Origin: Amoebophrya sp. A120
Lineage: Eukaryota; Protista; Dinoflagellata
DNA: 64,000 nucleotides
Assembly (NCBI GenBank): GCA_905178155.1
Contig: CAJINV010000003.1
Coordinates: forward strand, 888,035 to 952,034
Direction of reading: 5' to 3'
In this document: positions 25,398 to 35,440 of the stretch, piece after piece
Numbering within the stretch: the stretch's first letter is position 1
Layout of the letters: every line of letters starts with the position of its first letter
Made by a program: the position numbers and the translations under genes
Notes under the pieces: generated by a model
Told to the model about the DNA's origin: nothing
The model's input: the letters and a program-made list of their open reading frames with translations, nothing else
The model's database searches: none

Positions 25398-27269
25398 ATG
25401 GCAACGACGAAGAAGAAATTCACAACCGCCGCTCTGCCTCAGGACGCCTTGTTGGTAGAGCAAGAGGTAGAGCGGTCAGTTGAGACACCGCCTCCGGCGC
25501 CGGAAATACCGCCAATCAAAATCGATTTTCATCGTGCTGGCCTCGGGAAGCTGTTCGGAGCTACTGGAGGTCCTGCTGCAGCTGCAGCTGCAAACAGCAC
25601 ATCAGCTAAGGACACAACCGCAACATCTAGCACTGCCGTGGACGAAGATGTGCACCAGACAACTAAGGACAAACACAGCGAGGATGACGGGGATAGTACC
25701 GCACGACCTCCCCATTCGGCAACAAGTTCAGCTAGCACCTCAAGCGGCAAGGCGTCGAGCATCTCCGCTAATATCGAAACAGAGCGTGAGAATAGCGCAG
25801 CGGCGCCTGCTCCTGGTGTCAACACGGAAACAAAAAACCTGGATGTGGATTATATTAACCAGAATGTTGACAGCAAAGACTCCTGGAGTAGCAAAAGCAG
25901 TCCGCACGAAGAGGTCGCGACGATCACGATCTCTGACGAAAGCATTAAAAATCTTTCCGCGTCGGTGGAGGAGAGGCAGCAGCAGGAGCACGAAAAAAAA
26001 GTTGCTGCACTTGAGTTCAACAACTTCTCTACCATGAACCCTTCGGTACGAGCGAACATTCTGAACGACCTTGACGCGAAGAAAATTTCTAGTGTCAAGC
26101 GGCTGATGCGCCAGCTGCTGGAAGCTGCGGAAAGAACCGCGGCCAAAAATGAGGAGCAGAAAAACGCAAAGAACAGCAAGCCGCGGCAAAAGGACCAAGC
26201 CGACAAGCACGACACCACTAGCCTGTCTACAGCGGAGGTCACATCCTTTGCCAAATTCTTTGGCGGCCTCGATGCGGGTTGCCTGCGGTTTCTGCGGGTG
26301 GCCCACTTTGATATAGAAAAGTCGCGCGAGAGGATCGTGGCAGCGACGAGGTGGCGAACGCACACGATCGAAAAAGACTTCGCGGGCGTAAGGAACATCC
26401 TGCGCAACAACCCGCGCTTCCAGAAACTGTTCTTCCCTTGTGTCGGGTCCGCGATCGTCTCCGCGAAAAACCCCCTGCCACCCGTGGATCTCGAGAACAA
26501 CGAAATCCTTTGCGGGTACGACGGCAGTCCGGTGGAGCTGTGGCGGTTGTGCAACGTGGATTTCGACACGATATTCTCGGAATACACCGACAAGGAGGTG
26601 GAGTTGGCCTACATCACCTACTGCTTGACCAAGGAGGAAACCTGCCGCAGGACGCGGTCCAAGAGCATCATTTCCCTCGTCGATGCGAAAGACGGACCCA
26701 GTCTGGCGTCCATGCTGTTCAAGCACATGGCGACCATCCACCGGTACACGCACTGGATGGCGGCGTACGGAAAAGAGTACTTTCCCGACAGCGTGACCAA
26801 GGTGATTCTCTACAACGCGCCGCCGGGGGCGGAATGGCTCTTCAACATGTTCAAGGGTCTCACGGTCTCCGACGTCGCAAGGGAGCAGGTAGTCATCCTG
26901 TCGGCTGGCATTCCCGAATCTTCGAACCACTACTGGCCAGCCCCACGTCGGGACCGAACGACGAGGACCAGCACCGGCTCCACAACAAGTACGACTTCGG
27001 CGAGCGATGGCACAAAAAATTCTTCAGTAAAATCTGGTGCGGATTTTACTGACTCGAGAAAAACCTCGACCACGGCGCAGCCTCCAGCATCTCGCGAGTC
27101 CTCGTCAAGAACCACGCGTATTTCGATTTCCGTGGCCACTTCAAATAAAAATATCGACACCCGCGCACTCGAAGAAATTCAAAAAGTTTTGGACTACGAC
27201 CAAGTCGTGCCAGAACTCTATCGAAGACTACCTGTCGTGAAAGACAAAGACAAGAAAGTCAAAGCATGA
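25398..27269 (+). CDS. CRAL-TRIO/Sec14-like protein, paralog 2 (intronless, 623 aa)
   Basis: Contains CLRFLRVAHFDIEKSRERIVAATRWR (CRAL N-terminal), YDGSPV, SIISLVDAK and EYFPDSVTKVILYNAP, the Sec14-type YP-E...iiNaP motif. Confidence 0.85.
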   Translation: MATTKKKFTTAALPQDALLVEQEVERSVETPPPAPEIPPIKIDFHRAGLGKLFGATGGPAAAAAANSTSAKDTTATSSTAVDEDVHQTTKDKHSEDDGDSTARPPHSATSSASTSSGKASSISANIETERENSAAAPAPGVNTETKNLDVDYINQNVDSKDSWSSKSSPHEEVATITISDESIKNLSASVEERQQQEHEKKVAALEFNNFSTMNPSVRANILNDLDAKKISSVKRLMRQLLEAAERTAAKNEEQKNAKNSKPRQKDQADKHDTTSLSTAEVTSFAKFFGGLDAGCLRFLRVAHFDIEKSRERIVAATRWRTHTIEKDFAGVRNILRNNPRFQKLFFPCVGSAIVSAKNPLPPVDLENNEILCGYDGSPVELWRLCNVDFDTIFSEYTDKEVELAYITYCLTKEETCRRTRSKSIISLVDAKDGPSLASMLFKHMATIHRYTHWMAAYGKEYFPDSVTKVILYNAPPGAEWLFNMFKGLTVSDVAREQVVILSAGIPESSNHYWPAPRRDRTTRTSTGSTTSTTSASDGTKNSSVKSGADFTDSRKTSTTAQPPASRESSSRTTRISISVATSNKNIDTRALEEIQKVLDYDQVVPELYRRLPVVKDKDKKVKA

Positions 27270-29017
27270 AGACGCTTTTTGTAGCGAGGTGTCGTAACGT
27301 CGTGTACTACTAGTACTTAATAGTTCATCTCCCGTGTTGATGAAGCTCAGTAGAAGACTGACGCGCAGCTTACGCTTGCACATACATTTTCTGGCACAAT
27401 CGTCCCTTTCCTGAGTTACTAAACGTAAATCGAGATGACCATAGAAGAAGAGGAACGGAAATCACATATGGCCTGCTCTGTGGATCTCGTAAAGAGCCTC
27501 GCCAGCACGTTATTTGATTTCAGTTTTTTCAGCAAGAGCAGCGCTGTCTGCCGTGTCCCTTGTCCCTTACCCGTAGTACCACGTCACTATCACATTTAAC
27601 GTATCGCAACGCAACCAACAAATCTACGGGGCATCGGGGTCTATCGCTGTGTGGAAGAATTTACATGATCTTGTACGTTCTTCATGAGTATAAATGGTCC
27701 ACATAATGCGATTTGTGCGTCGATGTTCTTTTTCTCGCACAGGAGAACGCACCTCGTAGCTGTCCAACTTTTACTTACGGTTTTATTGTTCCCACTTATG
27801 TGTATGTTTGAATGCCAGTCCGACTCCGAGTGCGACTACAGCACTCCTGCTACAGCGCAACATCAGATTGACCAAAAGTAGTTGTTTCGTGGGATGCTGT
27901 TCGTGCCAAGATTGTCTCAATGGGTCTCGCTAGGAAACAATTTTTTTACATCGGTTCGTCCAAAGTGATGATAAAGTCAACATGTTGACAGTTCGTGTCG
28001 GTCAATGACTTACGTTCGAGTCGTAACCACAAGCAAAGCGTACACAAAACGAAGAACAACGACCCGTGGCTCGGTGTCAGTTTCTGTCTTCTACAACAAG
28101 ATTTATTTTTTCTAATGCTGATGCAGCAGATTCGGTACCTCACACTTGCTCAACTTCGTGCATCGGGCTCGGGAAATTACAATTATCGACACACAAATTC
28201 TAAAGCTAATGTCATCCTCGTGACCACAACACGTCAGAGCAGCACGACAAGTTTTTATACGTGTACGTCTTGTGCAGCCCGCACCACGCGGACCCACAGC
28301 TATCCTCCATTTTTTTGAGAAAATATTGATATTCCCGTTTCGACAGGCGCTGTGGTATTCCCCCGCTCGATATCATTACCCCCCTTTTTGCAAAGTGAAT
28401 CTCTATCTCACGTGAGCTTGCTACGCTAATGCTTCTAGTACCTTTCGAAACGCTACTTCTTCGTAAAGATAGAGGATCCGAACGAGACACAGTTGCGAGC
28501 GCGCTAGTTCGATAGCCGTACGGTTTTTTTTGTTTCTGGGCCACTGTACGAGACCGTTGTTGGTATTTGCTTTCGACGCAGGAGTCACATCACTTGGTGG
28601 ACACATATTTTTTCAAAAAGAGCTGCACGACGCCACCGTACTATTAAAAGTACCTGTACTAGCTTCTCTTTAGTTTTCCTTTTAGTAAAAGGATAAAATT
28701 TGTTTTTGTTTGGTTCTACAAGCGGAACGATTACAAGTGGACTCAAGACCTCCCGCCCCCGGCGTACCATTGTTGCCGCGGTGAGAAAGGAGAGCTCTTA
28801 GCCCTTGTTGCAGCAGAGCCAGCAAAGCCGGTGGGATCATACCACCTCGACGAGAACTGAACGATCCCCTGCTCATCTCTTTCAGTGTCAATGCTAGCGC
28901 GAGGGCGAGGGGGGACCACAGGGCCATGATCAAGTTCGAGTCAAAGGATTGATACACAGGCGGAGGCGAAGATGATGAAGCGGCAGTCGTGCTGATTTTC
29001 GTTATCGTACGGTTACT

Positions 29018-32000
29018 ATGCGAGAAGGCGAGCATCACCAATCTTCGCCGAGCACCGACGGGGGTGTGAAGATGATTCAACACGACGACAGCATGTTCGT
29101 GCGAGAGCTGACGGAGAAGAATCTGAACGGGTGTGTTAGTGCGAACGTCGGCACTGATGAAGCTGCACTGGACCAGGACCACAGCAAATTTGAGGACTGC
29201 AGCATTTCGCCGGACGATGTGACCCTGTTCAACAAAACCGCCGGACAGCATGGTTACACAAAGATATCATCAGCTGAAGTTCTCCCGCCGAGTTTGCGAG
29301 ACACAACCGCCAGTGAAGAGAACCCGGATACTAGTGATGCCAGGGAGAATACGACCAATACGACTACCGCTTCCACCTCGACCTTCAACCGCACGAGCGA
29401 ATGGTACAAAAATAATCTGTACCGTGGGCGCGAACCGGACCAGTTGCCAGTCGCCTGGGAGCCCGGGCTATCACAGGAAAAAAGTGTTACAGTTACACAT
29501 TTGCTGGAGTTTCTGCATCACAAAGTTGCTCGACATGGCTAAGAAAACCTGTGATGCGCAGACTATAAGGGAAAACACCAATGAAATGAGGATGGCAAGC
29601 ATTTCCTGCATGACAGAAGTTGCCTGTCTTGCTTGTTTCGCAACACAATGTGTAACTGTAACACTTTTTTCTTCGCATACGGACTCACGGCCGCGGACTT
29701 TCACCCGGCCGAGACGGAAGAGGAATTTTGTCTATGCATTGCAAATATGTCTGGGTCTGGAAACTTGTAATGCTAAAAGCGCATGAGAGCTCTACTGCAA
29801 TACGGAGCCACGCATGACAAATTTTTGGGCTCCCTTGTGTTGCGTGTTCCGCATGGCAAACTGCGTTTTTGCATGACAGTTAAGAAGACCGCTTCATGCC
29901 CATGCATGACAGATTCTTGAGTCATGTCAGACATGCATGACAATGTAGCAATCTTCCAGACCCAGACACTTTTGCATTCCATATTGTCGTCGCTACACCT
30001 ACTGGCGCTTCCCCTTCATCACCGCGGACGGGCGCCGGAAGACGCTGCAGACCTTCGGCGCGGACGTGACTGAGGAAAGCTTGTTGACTGTCGGAACATT
30101 AGGTGGAGCAAGAAATAACAATAGTAGTTCTACAAACGCAGCAGGAGCAGGACCTCCAACAAAGGCAGGATACAGTAGCAAAGCAAACAACATCTCGGTT
30201 TCCAAGCACGAGCTGCTGATGAAGCAGATGCTGTGTTTTCTGCTGAAGTTTGTGTGCAACCGCGAGGCGATCAACGCGCTTCCGATCGTAAAAAAGAAAG
30301 CTCCCTGGTGCGAAGCGGTCACCCCGCTGGCGACAGCGGCGAGCATCCAGTTTCTTGGCGGCTATGAGAACGTCGCACTGCGGTACTTGAAGCTGAATTC
30401 CTGGCGGCTCACGAAGGCAAAGCTTTCTTTGATAGAAGCCATCCGCTGGCGGTGCGTGGACCTGCCAAGGATCTTGCTGCACACCAAACCCTCCAGCGAG
30501 AAAAACACCACCATATTCGCGCCAGCGCTGGCCCCCTCGGCGCTCCGAGGACGCAGTGCGTCTCGGGGCTCGAAAAGCGGTCCGAATAGTCGCGGGAGCA
30601 CAAAATCCAAGAGCCGGGCGCGGAGCGGTAGTAGCCCCCGATCGGGGAAGGAACGGGAGATGAACAGGGTGGAACATCAAAGCCGGGAGAATAGTGCCGC
30701 AGCAGGAGGCGCTGCAAAAACCAATTTGCTAGAGCAGATGACAGGAGGTTTGTCCACAACTGTGACTACCCCTGTGGCCACCACCCCGCAACCTCCAGAG
30801 AAGGCGTTCGTCGGCGAGCATTTGTTTTCCCGTCGCCTGTTTCCGATCATGGGGATACCGTTCGTGGAAGTAACGCCCCTTGCAGACATTCACGACCTGG
30901 TGCAAAACCCCGACAGGCTAAATCCGAAGTCCTCCTATAGAACTGCAGGTATCAGTAAGCGCAAGTAGGACCGCTATAATAAAGAAGTACCGTTTATTCT
31001 CATGATGTTATGGTTACACTTGTATCTGTATCATCTACATCTATTAGTACAGCGCAAAAATAACGAAGTTAGAAGTAGAAGTTGCGAGTAGAATACTAAT
31101 GTCAAAAAGTTGCATCCACTACAGGAGCCGCTACGATAGCAGTTTCCGCTATCACTCCGGGCGAGACTCCGGGCGGCGCGGCGACATCACAGCTAGAGTT
31201 GGATTTGCTAATGCGCTTCGAAAGCAAGACAAAACCCGGCAGTGGCACCCCGGGAAGATATAATAATGGCACAACAGCAGGAGGACCACATGGTCGTACA
31301 GCAGGTGCACCAGAGGGGGAAACGAGTCCGGATTCGTCGCCCACCGTGCAGCCGCGACCGAGAAGGAGTATGTTGGCACGGTGCTGGGGCTCCCTCTCTC
31401 CGAGAAAAAGGAAACTTCGAAGCAGCATGAGTTTAGGTAGTACACCGACTCCCGCAATGTCACGAGGCGGGAACAGCAGTAGTACAACTTCTTTTTACAG
31501 CAGTGCCGTGCCGCACCCGAGTTCTTTCGCAGCAAAAGCAAACGGCACAAACGAGGAAACCACTACGAGTACCGCGTCGTCTTCGGCGAAGGGTAATGGG
31601 AATGGGACATCATCAGCTCAGCACCTCCCAAATGGAGCTGCTGCAATATTGGAGGAAGTGGACGCAAGGTCGGAAACTTTTTCCTTTGTATCGCTGACCG
31701 ACCCGCAACCCTCCCCGCTCGGCCCGCTGCGGGGCGAAGGTAGCTCGGGCGTCTCGAGGTTCAACGCCAGCGCCACAATTATAACAGAGACCGAAGAAGA
31801 GCAGGACGTCGGAGCTGTTGTTGTGCAGCCTGCAGGTGGTGCTTCCACGAACAACGACACAAGTTCTTCCACGACCGCGAACAATACAAACGCTCGCCCC
31901 GTCGGTAGTTCCCGTGCGCAGTCGAAAAGTCTCTTGAACATGCTGTCGAGTCCGATCTCCTCGCGCGCGACGCCAAAAGCCCCTTCTAGTATGACGACGC

Positions 32001-33469
32001 CCTCGTCCGCAGGAGGTAATCCTTACCAGATATTCGACCAAGGCAGCAGCGGCGCAGGCGGCGCGCCGCAGCTGCACCTGGATCCAGCACTAGTGGCGGA
32101 GATCGCCGGCGGCAGGATCGAGGCGGTGCTGCACAACCCGAAGGTCGTGCCCTCATCGCCCTCGTCGTCCGCCTCTCGGGTAGTCGTCCGAGACGACCAA
32201 AATGCCGTTTCCCCAGCCGCCACGACAAACTCGAGCTCCAGTGTTTCTAACCCGAAAATAGTTTTAACAACAGCAACGAAAGGTTTAGGTTCCTCAACCA
32301 CGACGTCTTCGAAAATGGAAACAAAACCGCGAACGGACCCGCTCCGGAACGTGAAGATTTACCTGGCGTACGACGGCAGTCCAGTAGAGTACTGGCAGCT
32401 GAAGCACCTGGACTTCGTATCGAAAGGAAAAATCCCCCCTCCCCATATCAAAACGGAATTTCTTATGCTGGATTTGTGTACACAAATCAGGTCTGTATTG
32501 CAGAGAGGCACTGTGGCCAGATCCCCAGGCTAGGCAGGGGCGTATGGGTCTAGTTGTTCAGCATGGCAAACGGCGCCCCTTTAGGCCCAATTAGCATGAC
32601 AAAGCGCTTCCATAATGGGGCGGAAGCTTCTGCCCTCGTCTTCTTGCAAGACAGATGTGATTTGTGACCTCAAATCAGCAACAAATATATCAAATATCAC
32701 CTCCAGGGCTACGTGCGACCCCTCCGACGCTGCGTGTGGAAGGAGGAAGTTCGGCGTGTTGGGGGTGAGGGACCCCCGACGTTGGCCTACGGATATCATG
32801 GGGAACTAAGGCTCAAATCAGCAACACAAATTCCCGGAAACATACCTTTTCGATATGGGGAGGGGGGATTTTTCCTTTTGATACTTCGAGACCATGTTTA
32901 CGGAGTACAGCACGGAGGAGGCGACGCTGGTCTACGTGCACTACTTGTATCCGAAGTAAATTTCCTGTACACGTACAAATGCGGTCTCTGCATGGCAAAA
33001 CTTGGCTTCGATCCTAGTTTTGCATGACAAGCTTCACACTCCAAATTGGGAAAATTTGTGATGCATCTTGTGCATGTACGGAAAATTTGTATTGCATAAC
33101 TTGGAAGCCAAGGAGCGCGTGTGCCGCGCGACCGGCTCTCGGCAAACGACGCTGCTCCTCGACTGCGCCGGCGTCAGCATGGGGCACGTGGCCACCTGTA
33201 CCAAGTTCATGCACCGGTTCAACAAATCGTGCCTGAGTCTCGGGGACAGCTTCTACCCCGACGGCGTGAAACAGACGTGGCTGGTGAACATGCCCTACGC
33301 GGCGGCGTTTCCGCTGAAGGTAACCCTGAGTCTCCTTGCCCAGTCAACAAGGGAGTCCGTGCGGGCCTTCACGCGCAACTCCTCGGGTCTGCCACCCGAA
33401 ATCCTCACATTGTTGCCGCTGGAGGAATATGAAGCCCTCACCGTCCCGATGGAGAACTCCGTCATATGA
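29018..33469 (+). CDS. CRAL-TRIO/Sec14-like protein, paralog 3, with 1 GT-AG intron (30949-31124) and 4 TIR-element introns
   Basis: The spliced product contains ALRYLKLNSWRLTKA..AIRWR, YDGSPVEYW, DFETMFTEYS..VHYLEAKERVCR and SFYPDGVKQTWLVNMP, collinear with paralog 2. A long S/T-rich insert lies within the domain. Confidence 0.8.
29469..29679. mobile_element. Intronic TIR element, family C, inverted relative to the copy at 23673
   Basis: tatcacaggaaaaaagtgttacagttacacatt ... aatgtgtaactgtaacacttttttcttcgcata. Flanks are cgggc/cggac. Internal gttgcctgtcttgcttg is the reverse complement of caagcaagacag(a/g)caa in the 23673 copy. Confidence 0.9.
29733..29983. mobile_element. Intronic TIR element, family B, inverted relative to the copies at 22335 and 58451
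   Basis: tatgcattgcaaatatgtctgggtctggaa ... ttccagacccagacacttttgcattccata. Exact ttgtc repeats. Removing 256 nt gives EEFCRRYTYW. Confidence 0.9.
32418..32883. mobile_element. Intronic TIR element, 466 nt, singleton
   Basis: Approximately 38-nt TIR beginning tatcgaaaggaaaaatcccccctccccatatc. Exact cttcg repeats. Removing 471 nt gives LDFETMFTEY. Confidence 0.9.
32948..33098. mobile_element. Intronic TIR element, family D
   Basis: tatccgaagtaaatttcctgtaca ... tgtacggaaaatttgtattgcata. Exact acttg repeats. Removal gives HYLEAKE. It is a close sister of the element starting at 47662. Confidence 0.9.
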
Positions 33470-34172
33470 TGCCGGGAGTATAAGTCGCTTGAAAAGAAAA
33501 CAATTCGAGAACCATACTAGGCAGAAGTTGTCCTGGTAGATGAGCAGGACTGCTCGTCTACTGGTGTTGAACAGTTGTCAACTGTCGATTTTCTACTGGT
33601 GTACTTTCAGGCTAAACTGTATGATATGTGATTCGCGTCCACCATCAAAAACAGATGTAGACCGAACATGAAAATCAAAAACGCCTGCACAACCTGTACA
33701 ATTCATCGAAAAAAACGTCAACATGAACTTTCTTCACCTCTCCGCGCGTGGTGCGTCCTGCTTTTCCGCAGGATCGGTAAGAAAATCGATGTTCGGACGA
33801 AGGGGAAGGATGGTAGCGCGCCAAGATGAAAAATCAGATCTTCAAACACGGCAAGATCTTTATCTTCATCTTCTTTCTGAGGATCACATGAGGCTACTAG
33901 CTGAACCCAGCTAGTTCGGGGAGTCCGATTAGCTTTATCTTTACGTCGGAGAAGATGAAAGTCGCTCCATCATCTGGAGTTCTTGACTACTTATGTTTCG
34001 ATTTCGTGGTCGCATTAAGTTGTCAATATTGTTTCCGCCAACATGTTTGAGATCTTCAGGACAAGTTCTAGTTCCGTGATGGTTATTGTTTTCTGTTTCT
34101 CTTCGATTTCATTTTCTTTTTCATCCATGATGGTTAGACTGTCAGTGTCACGATCACCTTTGAAGTAGCAAA

Positions 34173-34820
34173 ATGGGTCTCACCGCCGTGATGTCGGAAC
34201 ACAAGCCACCCAGCGGAACGAGCAACCCAGCTACAGAAACAACGGCCTCTCCGAATTATGGCCCCTTTGAATGGAGGGTCATAGGCGCAGACGAAATGGT
34301 TCCTCGTGGATTCGAGTTGAGGTGCGACTTTTCAACGGGCACAAACTACGTCCATGTGCCGCAGCGGTTTTGCCTGCCCCAAAAGAACCCAAAATGGCAT
34401 CAGCACGTCTGTAACCTTGCCGCCTGGGGTGAGCTGGACAAACTGCGCGTGGAATTGTCAGATCTGAAGAAAACACCCCCAGGCGTCCTGCATAATGCCG
34501 TGGAGCAAGGGCACCAGAATGTGCTAGAATTTTTACTACAGCGCAAGGCGAATGTGGTAGATTTTGACGAGCACGGGCAAACGGCACTGCATGCAGCGTG
34601 TAAAGCAGGCAACGAGCCGGTGCTGACTTTATTGATGAGGCATGAACTGCGGGAGAAGGGCGCAGATGAAAGTAAAAATCAGTTTCACTACCTCGAAAAC
34701 CAACAAGGCCGCACGCCTGAAGGCCTGTTAATTCAACAAGATTTGCGACCCGTGGCACGGAGGATAACGGAATTGACAACAGAATGGAATCAGATACAGA
34801 ATCAAAATTGCAAAAATTGA
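34173..34820 (+). CDS. Small ankyrin-repeat protein (215 aa)
   Basis: Ankyrin motifs LHNAVEQGHQNVLEFLL, GQTALHAACKAGNEPVLTLLM and NQQGRTP. Confidence 0.8.
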   Translation: MGLTAVMSEHKPPSGTSNPATETTASPNYGPFEWRVIGADEMVPRGFELRCDFSTGTNYVHVPQRFCLPQKNPKWHQHVCNLAAWGELDKLRVELSDLKKTPPGVLHNAVEQGHQNVLEFLLQRKANVVDFDEHGQTALHAACKAGNEPVLTLLMRHELREKGADESKNQFHYLENQQGRTPEGLLIQQDLRPVARRITELTTEWNQIQNQNCKN

Positions 34821-35440
34821 TAGAACACCCGAATTCAACACCGAAGAAGAACAACCTGGCAAGTTGTTGCTTCACAAACCGTTCAAAGCGAGAAAAAGGA
34901 AAGAAGGAGATCAGATGGAGGTTTGATCTGCATAATCATGATCTGTACGACCTTGAACCACCTTCGACGCCGCGTGCAAAGGTACTACCAGATGAAAGAA
35001 TGATAGAGATCAACTGGTCGTGATCTATCATGTTTCATCTACATCTTGCAAAAGCCACGCGTTCTTTTTGAACGAAGAAGAACAAGAATTCAAATACGTT
35101 GGATCAAACGGATGAAAACAGAGGCGGGAACGACTGCTCATATTGATCGTTGACTTTGTTGCGCTCCCGGTCCCATGCCGTTCTAACTATTCGAATTCGA
35201 TAGTCGTCCTCCAGCGCATGCAAAAAATAGGTACAGTTTTCCATATTTCGCACGGTCAGCACGTTTTTTCCGTAGGTGGCACAGCGAAGTAGAAAAGCGA
35301 TGTCCTTGATTTGGATTTTTACGCGACGAGCCCTTTAGTACTACAAGTTGAAGTTAGACTAGGAGTTTGATGATATTTTTGCTTTGTCTTTACTTTCCGG
35401 CCTGTCCTCTTCGTGTTTGAAGAAAAAAGCAAAAAAAAGG

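Noticed and set aside
25740-26930. Long minus-strand ORFs (also 7941-8747, 4011-4703 and 37121-37801)
   Set aside because: They are antisense shadows of GC3-rich plus-strand genes and have no recognisable motifs.
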